Shown in pieces: positions 16,543-26,048 of a stretch of DNA of 64,000 nt. Numbering within the stretch: position 1 is the stretch's first letter; each line of letters starts with the position of its first letter. Under the pieces are notes generated by a model that saw only the letters and a list, made by a program, of their open reading frames with translations, was not told where the DNA came from and searched no databases. The stretch is taken from assembly GCA_050998755.1 (NCBI GenBank), contig JBPCPW010000001.1, positions 5,343 through 69,342 on the forward strand, read 5' to 3'. The translations under genes were made by a program, and so were the position numbers. This DNA is from Candidatus Dormibacteria bacterium (GTDB lineage Bacteria > Chloroflexota > Dormibacteria > DASZGP01).

Positions 16543-18414
16543 TTAGGGCGCTTCTGCCACCCAGGCCAGCAGCCGCTGCAGGTCCCAGCAGTTGATGATG
16601 TCCTCGGGTCCCAGCCAGGCGCGCTGCGCGACATAGATTCCAAACTCCATCTGGTTCAGCTCCGCCGGGCGGTGGGCATCCGAACCGATCGCGATCTTCA
16701 ACCCCAGCTCCCTGGCCCGGCGGGCGAAGACGTCGTTGAGGTCGAGTCGCGCAGGGCTGGCGTTGATCTCCAGTGCGGTGTGTCCTTCCAGCGCAGCCTG
16801 CATCACCTGTTCCAGGTCGACATCGTAGGGTTCGCGGGCCTCCACCTTCTTGCCGGTGGGGTGGCCAATGATGTCGACGTGGGGGTGCCGTGCCGCGGCG
16901 CAGATCCGGGCCGTCATCTCGTTGCGCGGTTGACGGAAATTTGAATGCACGGACGCCACCACCACGTCCATGCCGGCGAGCACCTCATCGGGCAGATCCA
17001 GGGTGCCGTCGGGCAATACGTTGACCTCCACCCCGCAGAGCAGGCGGAAGCCCGGGTGGGCCTTCTCGACCACCTCTGCCGCCGCCCGCACCCGCGCCAC
17101 CTGCGCCGGGTAATCCGCGGCGTCGATGCCGGTGATGATCCCCTGCGATTTGGAGTGGTCGGTGACATTGAGATAGGCATAACCACGGGTGATTGCACCC
17201 GCAGCCATCTCCTCGATGGTGTTTTTCCCGTCGCTGTTGTTGGTGTGGCTGTGGAGGTCGCCCTTGATGTCCGCGAGTTCAACCAGCGGTGGCAATCCTG
17301 CCGCGCCGGTCTGGGCCAGCGCGATCTCTCCCCGGTCCTCGCGCAGGAGCGGCGGAATATAGACCAGCCCCAGTTGTTTGAACACCTGCTCCTCGGTGGC
17401 CGAGGGCAGTTCCTCGCCCTCCGCGGCAACGACCGCGCGCGACCGGCGAGCCGCGCGCGGCACAGGCGACTTCGCCGTCACGGGAGGATCTCCGTCGGGC
17501 GCGTCCGCGACATCTGTAGGCGCCCCCGCTGGCGCGACCGCGGGCTCGGCGAGCTTCATCAGCCCGTATTCGTTCAGCGTCATCCCCTGCTTGAGGGCCA
17601 GCGCTCGCATACGCACGTTGTGCGCCTTGCTGCCGGTGAAATAGAGCAGGGCCGCTCCGAAATGGCCCGGTGGCACCACCCGAAGGTCCACCTGCATGCC
17701 CTCGGTGGTGCGGACGCTGGACTTCGTCTCGCCACGGGCCAGCACGTCAGCCACCATCGCCATGCCGCAGAAGGCGTCCATCACCGGCGCGCCGTCGTCG
17801 GATGCCACCACGATGTCGATGTCCCCGATCGATTCCGCTCGGCGGCGCAGGCTGCCGGCCGGGGAGATCGCCTCAACTCCCGACACCTCCCGCAGCAGTC
17901 GCACCACCTGCTCGGCGATGGCCATGGCCTTGGGGAGCAGGGCGCGCGGGCCGGTGCCGTGTCCCTTGAGCGCGTCCAGGCCCTTTTGGATGTTCTCCTC
18001 CGCCCTGGCGCGGATTCGAGGGACCTTGCGCAGGCGGCCGTCCTTTAAGGCCTCCTCCAGGCCATCGAGCGTGGTGATGCCAAGCGCGTCGTAGATGTCC
18101 TTGGCCGTACGTGGACCCAGGCCCGGGATGCGCAGGAAATCGAGCAGCCCCGGGGGCACGTCGGCCTCCAGTTTTTCGACATAGGCAACCTTGCCGGACT
18201 CGCCGTACTCCGCCAGCTTGTCGGCGATCGCCTTGCCGATGCCGTGCACCGCGCCCAGCCGCCCCTCCTCCAGGAGCCGGTCTATTGGCTCGCCCAGTTC
18301 GTCGATCTGACGCGCGGCCTCGCGGTAGGAGCGGACCTTGAAGAACAGCTCGCCCTTGATCTCCAGGAGGTCGGCGATGCGATTCAGGAGGGCGGAGTAC
18401 TGGTCGTTGCGCAC
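16543..18414 (-). CDS. polX: DNA polymerase X family protein with C-terminal PHP phosphoesterase domain
   Basis: Pol beta-like N-terminus (LLEIKGELFFKVRSYREAARQI...GIGKAIADKL..., DIDIVVAS) + PHP domain (GDLHSHTNNSDG...TDHS...GSDAH); GTG start 18414 chosen by homology. Confidence 0.8.
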   Translation of the reverse strand: MRNDQYSALLNRIADLLEIKGELFFKVRSYREAARQIDELGEPIDRLLEEGRLGAVHGIGKAIADKLAEYGESGKVAYVEKLEADVPPGLLDFLRIPGLGPRTAKDIYDALGITTLDGLEEALKDGRLRKVPRIRARAEENIQKGLDALKGHGTGPRALLPKAMAIAEQVVRLLREVSGVEAISPAGSLRRRAESIGDIDIVVASDDGAPVMDAFCGMAMVADVLARGETKSSVRTTEGMQVDLRVVPPGHFGAALLYFTGSKAHNVRMRALALKQGMTLNEYGLMKLAEPAVAPAGAPTDVADAPDGDPPVTAKSPVPRAARRSRAVVAAEGEELPSATEEQVFKQLGLVYIPPLLREDRGEIALAQTGAAGLPPLVELADIKGDLHSHTNNSDGKNTIEEMAAGAITRGYAYLNVTDHSKSQGIITGIDAADYPAQVARVRAAAEVVEKAHPGFRLLCGVEVNVLPDGTLDLPDEVLAGMDVVVASVHSNFRQPRNEMTARICAAARHPHVDIIGHPTGKKVEAREPYDVDLEQVMQAALEGHTALEINASPARLDLNDVFARRARELGLKIAIGSDAHRPAELNQMEFGIYVAQRAWLGPEDIINCWDLQRLLAWVAEAP

Positions 18415-18437
18415 TTCGGGACCGTGAGGACGGCCGG

Positions 18438-18860
18438 CTAGCCGCGGCGCCGGTCGTGCTCGACCATGATGCAGCGGTTCATGACAAACGCCAGCCCCGC
18501 GCTGGCGGCCAGTTTCTCGGCCTCGGTGTCGGCCACGCCGAGTTGCCCCCAAACGCCCCACGCGCCCTTGGCGATGGCCTCTTCGACGTGGCCCTTGAGG
18601 AATTCCCGGCGTCGGAAGACGTCGACGATGTCGATTTCGAAGGGGATCTCCCCGATCGAAGCGTAGGCCTTCTCACCCAGGATCTCCGCCTCGTTGGGAT
18701 TGACGGGGACGATTCGATAACCGTGCTCCTGGAGGTAGGCGGCGATCCGGTGGCTGTCGCGGGCGCGGTCGTTGCTGAGCCCGACAATGGCCACGGTCCT
18801 GGCCTCCAGCAGCCGGTCGATATCGTTTGAGCCCACAGGCTCAAACGATATGGGATACAC
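18438..18860 (-). CDS. CoA-binding domain protein (YccU/YneT-like)
   Basis: TVAIVGLSNDRARDSHRIAAYLQEHGYRIVPVNP... classic CoA_binding fold signature. Confidence 0.8.
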   Translation of the reverse strand: MYPISFEPVGSNDIDRLLEARTVAIVGLSNDRARDSHRIAAYLQEHGYRIVPVNPNEAEILGEKAYASIGEIPFEIDIVDVFRRREFLKGHVEEAIAKGAWGVWGQLGVADTEAEKLAASAGLAFVMNRCIMVEHDRRRG

Positions 18861-18933
18861 CGGCGCGTGATGCGCGCCGCCCGATTACCTCAGCGTCCGC
18901 TGTGGGATGCCTCCGGGGTTCGTATCATCCCGT

Positions 18934-19974
18934 ATGGCCCAGCCGGTCCCGGCCCCTGAACCCGGTGCGAACTACCTGATCCGCCCTGAGGAGGGCGTGA
19001 GCCGGGTGACCAAGGACATCGTTGTTCTCAGTTGCCCGGTGCCCTTTGACGTGGGCAGCGTCAACGTCTACCTACTGCTCGGTGATCCCCTGACGATGAT
19101 CGACACCGGCTCGCGCATCAACTTCACCATCGACGACCTGGAGGACCTTGTCTGGCGCGCAGGCGTGGACCCCGCGGACATCGAGCAGTTGATCCTCACG
19201 CACCGACACATCGACCATTTCGGGCTGGGCAAGGAGGTGCAGGAGCGCAGCGGGGCCACCGTCCTGAGCTCCACCAAGGACGGTCCCTTCATGGCCGAGT
19301 GGGAGGGAATGATCACCGAGAGCCGCTCGCAGCTGCGTCAGCAGGGCGTGGCCTTCGGCATCCCCGAAGACCTCTTCGCCCTCAATGAGCGTTGGGTTCG
19401 AGCCATCGTCCATGCCGCCGCGCCGGTGAAGAGCGACCGCCTGCTCAGCGAGGGCGATGTCATCCGCGCCGGCGGGCGTGACCTGCGCGTGATCGAGACC
19501 CCCGGCCACACCGAGGGGCTGATCGGTTTTGTCGATGGCTCGGCCGGGGTGTACCTGGCCAACGACCACGTCCTCAAGCACATCACGCCCAACCCCGACG
19601 TCTACTCGTACGACCCCGACAACCTGCGCAGTGGTCTGCCCGACTACGTGCGCTCGCTGGGCAAGGTGCGTGAGCTGGAGGTCGACCTGGTACTGCCGGG
19701 ACACGGCTATGAGATGACCGATCTCAGGGGCCGAGTCGACGAGATCCTTCTCCACCATGAGCACCGCGTCGCCAAGATCGAAGGCATCCTCAGGGAGAAG
19801 CCGAGGACGATCTACGAGATCTGCAGCCTGGTGTGGCCCAGCCTGCGGCCGCAGGACTCCCACCTCGCGGTGCGCGAGATCATCGGCCACATCGCCCTGC
19901 TCCAGGAGGATGGCCGGCCGATCGAGCGCTCCACGCGCGCCGACGGGGCGCTGCTCTGGTCGATGGGGGCTTGA
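18934..19974 (+). CDS. MBL-fold metallo-hydrolase
   Basis: LTHRHIDHFG (HxHxDH) motif, ...IETPGHTEG...; ~345 aa. Confidence 0.8.
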   Translation: MAQPVPAPEPGANYLIRPEEGVSRVTKDIVVLSCPVPFDVGSVNVYLLLGDPLTMIDTGSRINFTIDDLEDLVWRAGVDPADIEQLILTHRHIDHFGLGKEVQERSGATVLSSTKDGPFMAEWEGMITESRSQLRQQGVAFGIPEDLFALNERWVRAIVHAAAPVKSDRLLSEGDVIRAGGRDLRVIETPGHTEGLIGFVDGSAGVYLANDHVLKHITPNPDVYSYDPDNLRSGLPDYVRSLGKVRELEVDLVLPGHGYEMTDLRGRVDEILLHHEHRVAKIEGILREKPRTIYEICSLVWPSLRPQDSHLAVREIIGHIALLQEDGRPIERSTRADGALLWSMGA

Positions 19975-20030
19975 CCTCGGAGGCGGTGACCGGGCCCGCG
20001 GTTGGCCGGCCGGCTGCGCCGCTGGCGGGG

Positions 20031-21173
20031 ATGCGCGTGGTGGACCTGACCCGCCTCCTTCCCGGGGACTTCGCCACCTGGATCCTGGCCGACCTCGGGG
20101 CCGACGTCATCAAGGTGGAGGACACCGGGGGAGGCGACTACATGAGATGGATGCCGCCCATGGCGGGCCACTCATCGGCGATGTACTGGGCGCTCAACCG
20201 CGGCAAGCGCGCCATCAAGCTGGACCTCAAGCAGGAGGCCGGGCGGGAGGTGTTGCGCCGCCTGGCGAAGTCCGCCGACGCCCTGGTCGAGGGTTTTCGG
20301 CCGGGGGTGATGGACCGGCTGGGCCTGGGTTACAGCACGTTGCGGGACATCAACCCGGCCCTGGTCTACTGCGCGATCACCGGATATGGGCAGGACGGGC
20401 CGCTGCAACAGAGGGCTGGGCATGACCTGCTGTACAACTCCTTGGCGGGGCTCCAGGGGGTGACGGGGACCGCCGCCGGCGAGCTGGCCCTGCCCGGGTT
20501 CCAGGTCGCCGACCTGGGCGCCGGTGGGATGGGCGGCGCGCTCGCCGTGGTCGCTGCGTTGCTGCGTCGCGAACGCGACCCGCAGCGTCGCGGTGCTTTC
20601 CTCGATGTCTCGATGTTCGACGGCGTCAGCGCGTTCCTCGCCCCCCACATGGCGCGGCACCTCGCCGGCCCCGAGGAACCAACGGGACCGGGCAACATGC
20701 ACCTCAACGGGCGCTTCCCGTGCTACCGGATGTACCGTGCGGGGGATGGACGCTGGATGGCGCTGGCAGCGCTGGAGCCCAAGTTCTGGAGCGCCTTCTG
20801 TGCGTTGGTATCCCGGCCCGACCTGGTCGCGCGGCAGTTCGAGGATTCGGTGGCGATGCAGGGAGAAATGACGGCCCTCTTCGCGGCGCGCTCCCGGGCC
20901 CAGTGGGAGGAGCTGACCGCGACGGCGGACGTGATGCTGGAGCCGGTGAACGACCTCGGCGAGGCCGCCGAGCACCCGCAGACGGTGGCGCGCGGGCTGC
21001 TCATCGACGTCGGTGCCGAGGTCCCGCAGCCGGCCCCGGTGGTGCGCTTCGAGGAGGCCTACCACGCGGACACCAGGGTGGCGGCCCAGGGCGAGGACAG
21101 CGATGAGGTGCTACAGGAACTGGGCTATGACGGCGATCAGCGGGACAAGATGCGTGAGGCCGGGGTGATTTGA
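20031..21173 (+). CDS. CoA-transferase family III (CaiB/BaiF/Amacr-like)
   Basis: MRVVDLTRLLPGDFATWILADLGADVIKVE...GFRPGVMDRLGLGY...YCAITGYGQDGP. Confidence 0.85.
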   Translation: MRVVDLTRLLPGDFATWILADLGADVIKVEDTGGGDYMRWMPPMAGHSSAMYWALNRGKRAIKLDLKQEAGREVLRRLAKSADALVEGFRPGVMDRLGLGYSTLRDINPALVYCAITGYGQDGPLQQRAGHDLLYNSLAGLQGVTGTAAGELALPGFQVADLGAGGMGGALAVVAALLRRERDPQRRGAFLDVSMFDGVSAFLAPHMARHLAGPEEPTGPGNMHLNGRFPCYRMYRAGDGRWMALAALEPKFWSAFCALVSRPDLVARQFEDSVAMQGEMTALFAARSRAQWEELTATADVMLEPVNDLGEAAEHPQTVARGLLIDVGAEVPQPAPVVRFEEAYHADTRVAAQGEDSDEVLQELGYDGDQRDKMREAGVI

Positions 21174-22006
21174 GGCGGGTCGGCGCGGACGACGCTCTGG
21201 CGGCGACAGCGGGGATAGATAATCCGCCCGTGAGCGAGACCGTGTTGACTGGAAACGCGATCACCGTCAGCGGCCTGCGCAAGCAGTACGGCACGCTGAC
21301 GGCGGTCGATGGCATCTCCTTTGACGTACGCCAGGACGAGATCTTCGGGTTGCTGGGTCCCAACGGCGCCGGCAAGACCACTTCGGTCGAAATCCTGGAG
21401 GGCCTCCGCTCCGCTGACGGCGGGGAGGTCACCGTCGCCGGAATTGACGTGCTCCGCCACCCGCAGCGGGTCAAGGAATTGATCGGGGTGCAACTCCAGG
21501 CCTCTGCATTCATCGACAACCTGAAGCTGGTCGAGTTGCTCGACATGTTCGCGTCGCTCTACGGTCAGAAGATCGACCCGCTGGAGATGCTCGACCGGGT
21601 GGACCTGCGGGAGAAGGCGAAGGCCCTGGTTAAGAACCTGTCGGGCGGCCAGAAGCAGCGTTTCTCAATCGCCACCGCGCTGGTCAACAACCCTCGGGTC
21701 CTCTTTCTCGACGAGCCCTCGACCGGCCTTGACCCGCAGGCGCGGCGCAACCTCTGGGACCTCATAGAGAGCCTGCGCGACGGCAGCCGCAGCATCGTCC
21801 TGACGACCCACTACATGGAGGAGGCAGAGCGCCTATGTGACCGTGTCGCGATCATGGACGGCGGCCACATCGTCTCCATGGGTACGCCTGCGGAGCTGAT
21901 CAGGCAGCTCCTGGCCAAGGGCTTCCACAAGGAACGGATCGAGGCCGACGCCAACCTCGAGGATGTGTTCATCGACCTCACCGGCAAGGACCTCAGGGAA
22001 GGCTGA
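21170..22006 (+). CDS. ABC transporter ATP-binding protein (ABC-2 type)
   Basis: Walker A GPNGAGKTT, signature LSGGQKQR, Walker B LFLDEPSTGLD; TTG start overlaps upstream stop (alternative GTG ~21230). Confidence 0.85.
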   Translation: MRRVGADDALAATAGIDNPPVSETVLTGNAITVSGLRKQYGTLTAVDGISFDVRQDEIFGLLGPNGAGKTTSVEILEGLRSADGGEVTVAGIDVLRHPQRVKELIGVQLQASAFIDNLKLVELLDMFASLYGQKIDPLEMLDRVDLREKAKALVKNLSGGQKQRFSIATALVNNPRVLFLDEPSTGLDPQARRNLWDLIESLRDGSRSIVLTTHYMEEAERLCDRVAIMDGGHIVSMGTPAELIRQLLAKGFHKERIEADANLEDVFIDLTGKDLREG

Positions 22007-22019
22007 TGGTGGCCCGTTG

Positions 22020-23171
22020 ATGTTCGGCAAGGGCTTCCCGGTGCTGCTGTCGGTTTCGCTGAAGTCCTACGTTCGCAACCGGCAGGCGATCTTCTTCGGA
22101 TTCTTCTTCCCGCTGGTCTTCATGGGTATCTTCGGCCTGCTCAACTTTGGTGGCGGCGGCAAGCTGGACATCGGCATCGTCGACCAGGCCAACACCGCGC
22201 AGAGCCAGGCGTACATCAAGGCCATCAGCGGCGTGCGGTCGGTCACCGTGCACACCGGCAGTGAAAGCACGGAGAAGTCCCAGTTGCTGGGCGGTCACCG
22301 CGACCTCGTGCTGGTCATTCCCAGCGGGTTCGGCGACGTCCAACCCACTTCCCCCTGCACCCCGACACCCAACACGCATTGCCCCGTCCCGGGCCGGCCG
22401 CTCCCCGTGCCGGCGACCTTCACGGCATACCTCAACAAGGCCAACCCGGCGGCGTCGGGTACGGCCCAGATCATCGTCGAGAAGGTGGCCACCGGCTTCA
22501 GTTTCCAGGCCGCCAACGTGGCGCCGGCCTACAGCCTGCAGACCAAGGAACTGCCGGGCCACGCCACCACCTACATCGACACCCTGATCCCCGGGATCAT
22601 CGGGTTCTCGATCATGCAGACGGGCATATTCAGCCTGGCCTTTGGCCTGGTGCGACTGCGCGATGCCGGGATCCTGCGGCGCCTGCTGGCCACGCCCATG
22701 CGCATCACCGACTTCATGGCCGCCCAGGTGGTATCCCGGCTGTTGATGGGGGTCATCCAGATCCTGCTGCTGCTGGCGGTGGGGTTCCTGCTATTCCACT
22801 TCAACATGAAGGGCAACATCCTGGAGTTCGTGGCTGTCGCGACCTTCGGGTCGATGGTCTTTATCGCCCTTGGTTTCATCATTGCCGGGGCATCGAAGAA
22901 CGAGGACTCCGTGCCGGCCATCGCCAACATCGCGACCATCCCGATGATGTTCACCAGCGGGGTCTTCTTCTCGCGCGATGTGCTGCCGGGTTGGTTGGCG
23001 ACGGTCTCTGGATTCTTTCCCCTGACCTACCTGATCGACAGCCTGAGGGGAATCTCGGTCAACGGTCAGAACGTCATAGACCTGCGCATCCAGGTGCTTG
23101 GGATCGCGGTCTGGCTGGCGATAACCGTGGTGCTTGCGACGCGGCTGTTCAAGGCCGAGGCCTCGTCCTAG
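22020..23171 (+). CDS. ABC-2 family transporter permease
   Basis: 6 predicted TM segments, ABC-2 membrane signature; Pro/Thr-rich insertion (DVQPTSPCTPTPNTHCPVPGRP) in the large extracytoplasmic loop. Confidence 0.8.
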   Translation: MFGKGFPVLLSVSLKSYVRNRQAIFFGFFFPLVFMGIFGLLNFGGGGKLDIGIVDQANTAQSQAYIKAISGVRSVTVHTGSESTEKSQLLGGHRDLVLVIPSGFGDVQPTSPCTPTPNTHCPVPGRPLPVPATFTAYLNKANPAASGTAQIIVEKVATGFSFQAANVAPAYSLQTKELPGHATTYIDTLIPGIIGFSIMQTGIFSLAFGLVRLRDAGILRRLLATPMRITDFMAAQVVSRLLMGVIQILLLLAVGFLLFHFNMKGNILEFVAVATFGSMVFIALGFIIAGASKNEDSVPAIANIATIPMMFTSGVFFSRDVLPGWLATVSGFFPLTYLIDSLRGISVNGQNVIDLRIQVLGIAVWLAITVVLATRLFKAEASS

Positions 23172-23773
23172 ACCGGCCCGATCCGACTCGAGAGGGCAGC
23201 CCATAGGGCCTCCACCTGCCGGCGGGTCTCCACCGGCGAGCCCGAATTGTCCACCACGTGCGTGGCCCGCGAGCGCTTTTCGTCGAGTGGCATCTGCGCG
23301 GCAACCCGGGCCCGGACGTCGGCCTCCTCCATGCCGCGCGCGACGGCGCGCTGAACCTGGACTTCGACCGGGGCCCAGACCACGACGGTTTCCGCGACCC
23401 CGCTGTCAAGGCCGGCCTCAAATAGCAATGGGGTATCCATGATCACCACTTCCGCGCCGCGTTCGATTGCCGCCTGGATCCTCGCCCCCATCCACTCCCG
23501 GACGCGGGGATGGGTGATGGCGTTGAGGCGCTGACGCGCCGCCTCGTCGCTGAAGACCCGCGCCGCCATCACCCTGCGGTCCAGCCTGCCGTTCGGTTCC
23601 AGCACCTCGTCGCCGAACTCCCTGACGATTTCAGCCAGGGCGGGTTGGCCCGGCTCGACCACCGCCCGCGCCGCCTCATCGGCGTCGACCACAGTCGCGC
23701 CAAGCTCGCCCAGCATCCCGCTGACCGTGCTCTTGCCGCTGCCGATGCCGCCCGTCAGACCTATGATTCGCAT
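23168..23773 (-). CDS. coaE: dephospho-CoA kinase
   Basis: MRIIGLTGGIGSGKST P-loop, ...FDADE.../HPRVRE pattern, 201 aa; ORF N-terminal extension to 23824 not supported. Confidence 0.85.
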   Translation of the reverse strand: MRIIGLTGGIGSGKSTVSGMLGELGATVVDADEAARAVVEPGQPALAEIVREFGDEVLEPNGRLDRRVMAARVFSDEAARQRLNAITHPRVREWMGARIQAAIERGAEVVIMDTPLLFEAGLDSGVAETVVVWAPVEVQVQRAVARGMEEADVRARVAAQMPLDEKRSRATHVVDNSGSPVETRRQVEALWAALSSRIGPV

Positions 23774-23838
23774 CTCCCGGATAGTAGGGGTCGGGCGGCC
23801 GTGACGCGTCCTGGGCACGCACAAGGAGCTAGGGAAAT

Positions 23839-24882
23839 TTGAAAGCAGTCTCGTTCGTGGAAGTCGGCAAGCTGGAGATGCGCGACGTTCCCAAGCCCAG
23901 CATCCTGGAGCCGACGGATGTCCTGCTCAGGGTCACCACCACCGCGATCTGCGGGTCGGACCTGCACGTCCTGGAGGGCCGTATCCCGGGGATGATGGAG
24001 GGCGGCATCCTGGGCCACGAGTTCATCGGCGTGGTCGAGGAGGCGGGAACCGCGGTGAAGAATTTCAAGCCGGGCGACCGGGCCTTGGCGAGCTTCATCG
24101 TGCCCTGTGGGAAATGTTGGTTCTGCGACCGGCGCCAGTTCGGTCAGTGCCAGGAATCCCAGGTCTTCGGTTACGGGATCTTTGTCGGCGACCTCCAGGG
24201 CGGCCAGGCGGAGTACGTTCGGGTGCCGCGCGCGGACCTCGCGCTGCACCACGTCGCCAACCGCCTGACCGATGAGCAGGTGCTCTTCGCCGGAGACATC
24301 CTGGCCACCGGGTTCCACGTTGCAGACATCGCGGGGATCAAAGAGGGCGACTCCGTCGCCGTCGTCGGCTGTGGTCCTGTAGGGCTGATGGCGATACAGG
24401 CGGCGATGACCTTCAAGCCTTCGAAGGTGTTTGCCATCGACTCCGTCGACCAGCGCCTGGAGCTGGCCTCCGGCTTTGGCGCCGAGCCCATCGACCTGCG
24501 CCGGCGGAATGCCGTGGTCGCCTGCCAGGACCTGACCGAGGGTCGCGGCGTAGACGTGGTCCTGGAGTGTGTCGGTGCCACCGCCGCACTGGTGCCGACG
24601 TTCGACATGGTCCGCCCCGGGGGTACGATTTCGGTTATCGGGGTGCACTCCGAGCAGATGCCGCCGCTTCCGCTACAGCTCATGTTTCTCAAGGCCATCG
24701 ACCTCAAGTTCGGCGGCACCGCCAATGTGCCCGGCCGCTGGGACAGCGTCATCGAGCACATCGAGAACGGCGATATGCACCCTGACTCGATCATCAGCCA
24801 CCGCATGAAGCTGGAGCAGGCCATCGAGGGTTACGAGCTGTTCCGCAGCCACGAGGCGATGAAGGTGGTGCTGACCCCCTGA
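23839..24882 (+). CDS. Zn-dependent alcohol/formaldehyde dehydrogenase family (MDR superfamily)
   Basis: CGSDLHVLEG, GHEFIGVV, structural Zn Cys cluster CGKCWFCDRRQFGQC, GCGPVGL Rossmann. Confidence 0.85.
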   Translation: MKAVSFVEVGKLEMRDVPKPSILEPTDVLLRVTTTAICGSDLHVLEGRIPGMMEGGILGHEFIGVVEEAGTAVKNFKPGDRALASFIVPCGKCWFCDRRQFGQCQESQVFGYGIFVGDLQGGQAEYVRVPRADLALHHVANRLTDEQVLFAGDILATGFHVADIAGIKEGDSVAVVGCGPVGLMAIQAAMTFKPSKVFAIDSVDQRLELASGFGAEPIDLRRRNAVVACQDLTEGRGVDVVLECVGATAALVPTFDMVRPGGTISVIGVHSEQMPPLPLQLMFLKAIDLKFGGTANVPGRWDSVIEHIENGDMHPDSIISHRMKLEQAIEGYELFRSHEAMKVVLTP

Positions 24883-24929
24883 CCTACGGCGCGGATCTCC
24901 AGTTCACGTGGAAGGTCTCCACGCGGGTT

Positions 24930-26048
24930 GTGTTCGGCGTGGGGTATGTCTCGCGCCTGGGCAAAGAGGCCAAGGCGCTGGGTGCCACGCGCGCCATGCT
25001 GGTCACCGACCCCTTCCTAGGTGGCCAGGCGCAGATCGCCGGGGCGGCGATGGACTCCCTCCGTGAGGCCGGCATCGACGCCTCGCTGTTCGCCGAGGTC
25101 GAGCCGGATCCCTCAGTTGAGAACATCAACCGGGGCGTCGAGGCGGCGCGCGCGTTTCAGCCGGACGTGTTTGTCGGCCTGGGCGGGGGCAGTTCGATGG
25201 ATGCGGCAAAGGCGATCGACATGTTGTATGTCTGTGGCGACGAGCTGCTGGACCACGAGGGTGTCAATACCGTCAGGCAGAAGCTTCACCCGGTCATCGC
25301 GATACCCACCACCGCCGGGACCGGGGCCGAAACCAGTTTCGCCGCGGTGATCTCCGACAGGGCCCGTCAACGCAAGGTGCCGCTGGCGGAAGACGCATTC
25401 CTGCCGGCCGTCGCCATCCTCGACCCGCAACTTACGGTCGGCCTGCCGGCGAAGCTCACCGCCGCAACCGGCATGGACGCCCACGCCCACGCGCTGGACG
25501 TGCTGCACTCGACCCGCCGCCAACCCTTCAATGACGCCCTCGCCCACCACGTGTTGCGCACCGTCCACCGGCACCTCCGCACGTCATTTGCGCAGCCCGA
25601 CGACATCGTGGCGCGCGGCCAGATGCTGGCCGCCGCCTGCTCCATGGGGTTCTCGCTGTCGACCACCCCCTACGGCGTGATCCACGCCCTGGGGCACCCG
25701 GTGGGCGCTCACTTCGGGGTGCACCACGGAATTTGCGTTTCGCTCCTGAGTTGTCCCGCAATGGAATGGAACCTCGTCACCTGCACCGCGGTCTACGCGG
25801 AGGCGGCACGCGCCTCCGGCCTGGCCTCCGAGTCGGACCCGGAGGGGCTGGCGGCGGAGCGACTCATCCGCGCCACCGACCAGTTGATGCAGGACCTGGC
25901 GCTACCGCGCCGGCTTACGGAGGTGGGTGTCGCCGGGGACGCCCTGGGGCTGCTGGCCCAGGACGCGTCAGCCGACATTGGCGCGCGCTTCAACCTTCGT
26001 CGTGGCGACGCGAGCGCACTTGAAGCGGTCTATCGCGGAGCCCTCTAG
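24930..26048 (+). CDS. iron-containing (group III) alcohol dehydrogenase
   Basis: GLGGGSSMDAAKAI, ...IAIPTTAGTGAE..., metal-binding His cluster (HALGHPVGAHFGVHHG). Confidence 0.85.
   Translation: MFGVGYVSRLGKEAKALGATRAMLVTDPFLGGQAQIAGAAMDSLREAGIDASLFAEVEPDPSVENINRGVEAARAFQPDVFVGLGGGSSMDAAKAIDMLYVCGDELLDHEGVNTVRQKLHPVIAIPTTAGTGAETSFAAVISDRARQRKVPLAEDAFLPAVAILDPQLTVGLPAKLTAATGMDAHAHALDVLHSTRRQPFNDALAHHVLRTVHRHLRTSFAQPDDIVARGQMLAAACSMGFSLSTTPYGVIHALGHPVGAHFGVHHGICVSLLSCPAMEWNLVTCTAVYAEAARASGLASESDPEGLAAERLIRATDQLMQDLALPRRLTEVGVAGDALGLLAQDASADIGARFNLRRGDASALEAVYRGAL

Noticed and set aside
18415-18561. N-terminal extension of the PolX ORF to Met 18561
   Set aside because: Extension is Arg/Gly-rich, overlaps the CoA-binding gene by >120 nt, and PolX homology begins at the GTG 18414 region (…NDQYSALLNRIADLLEIKGE…).
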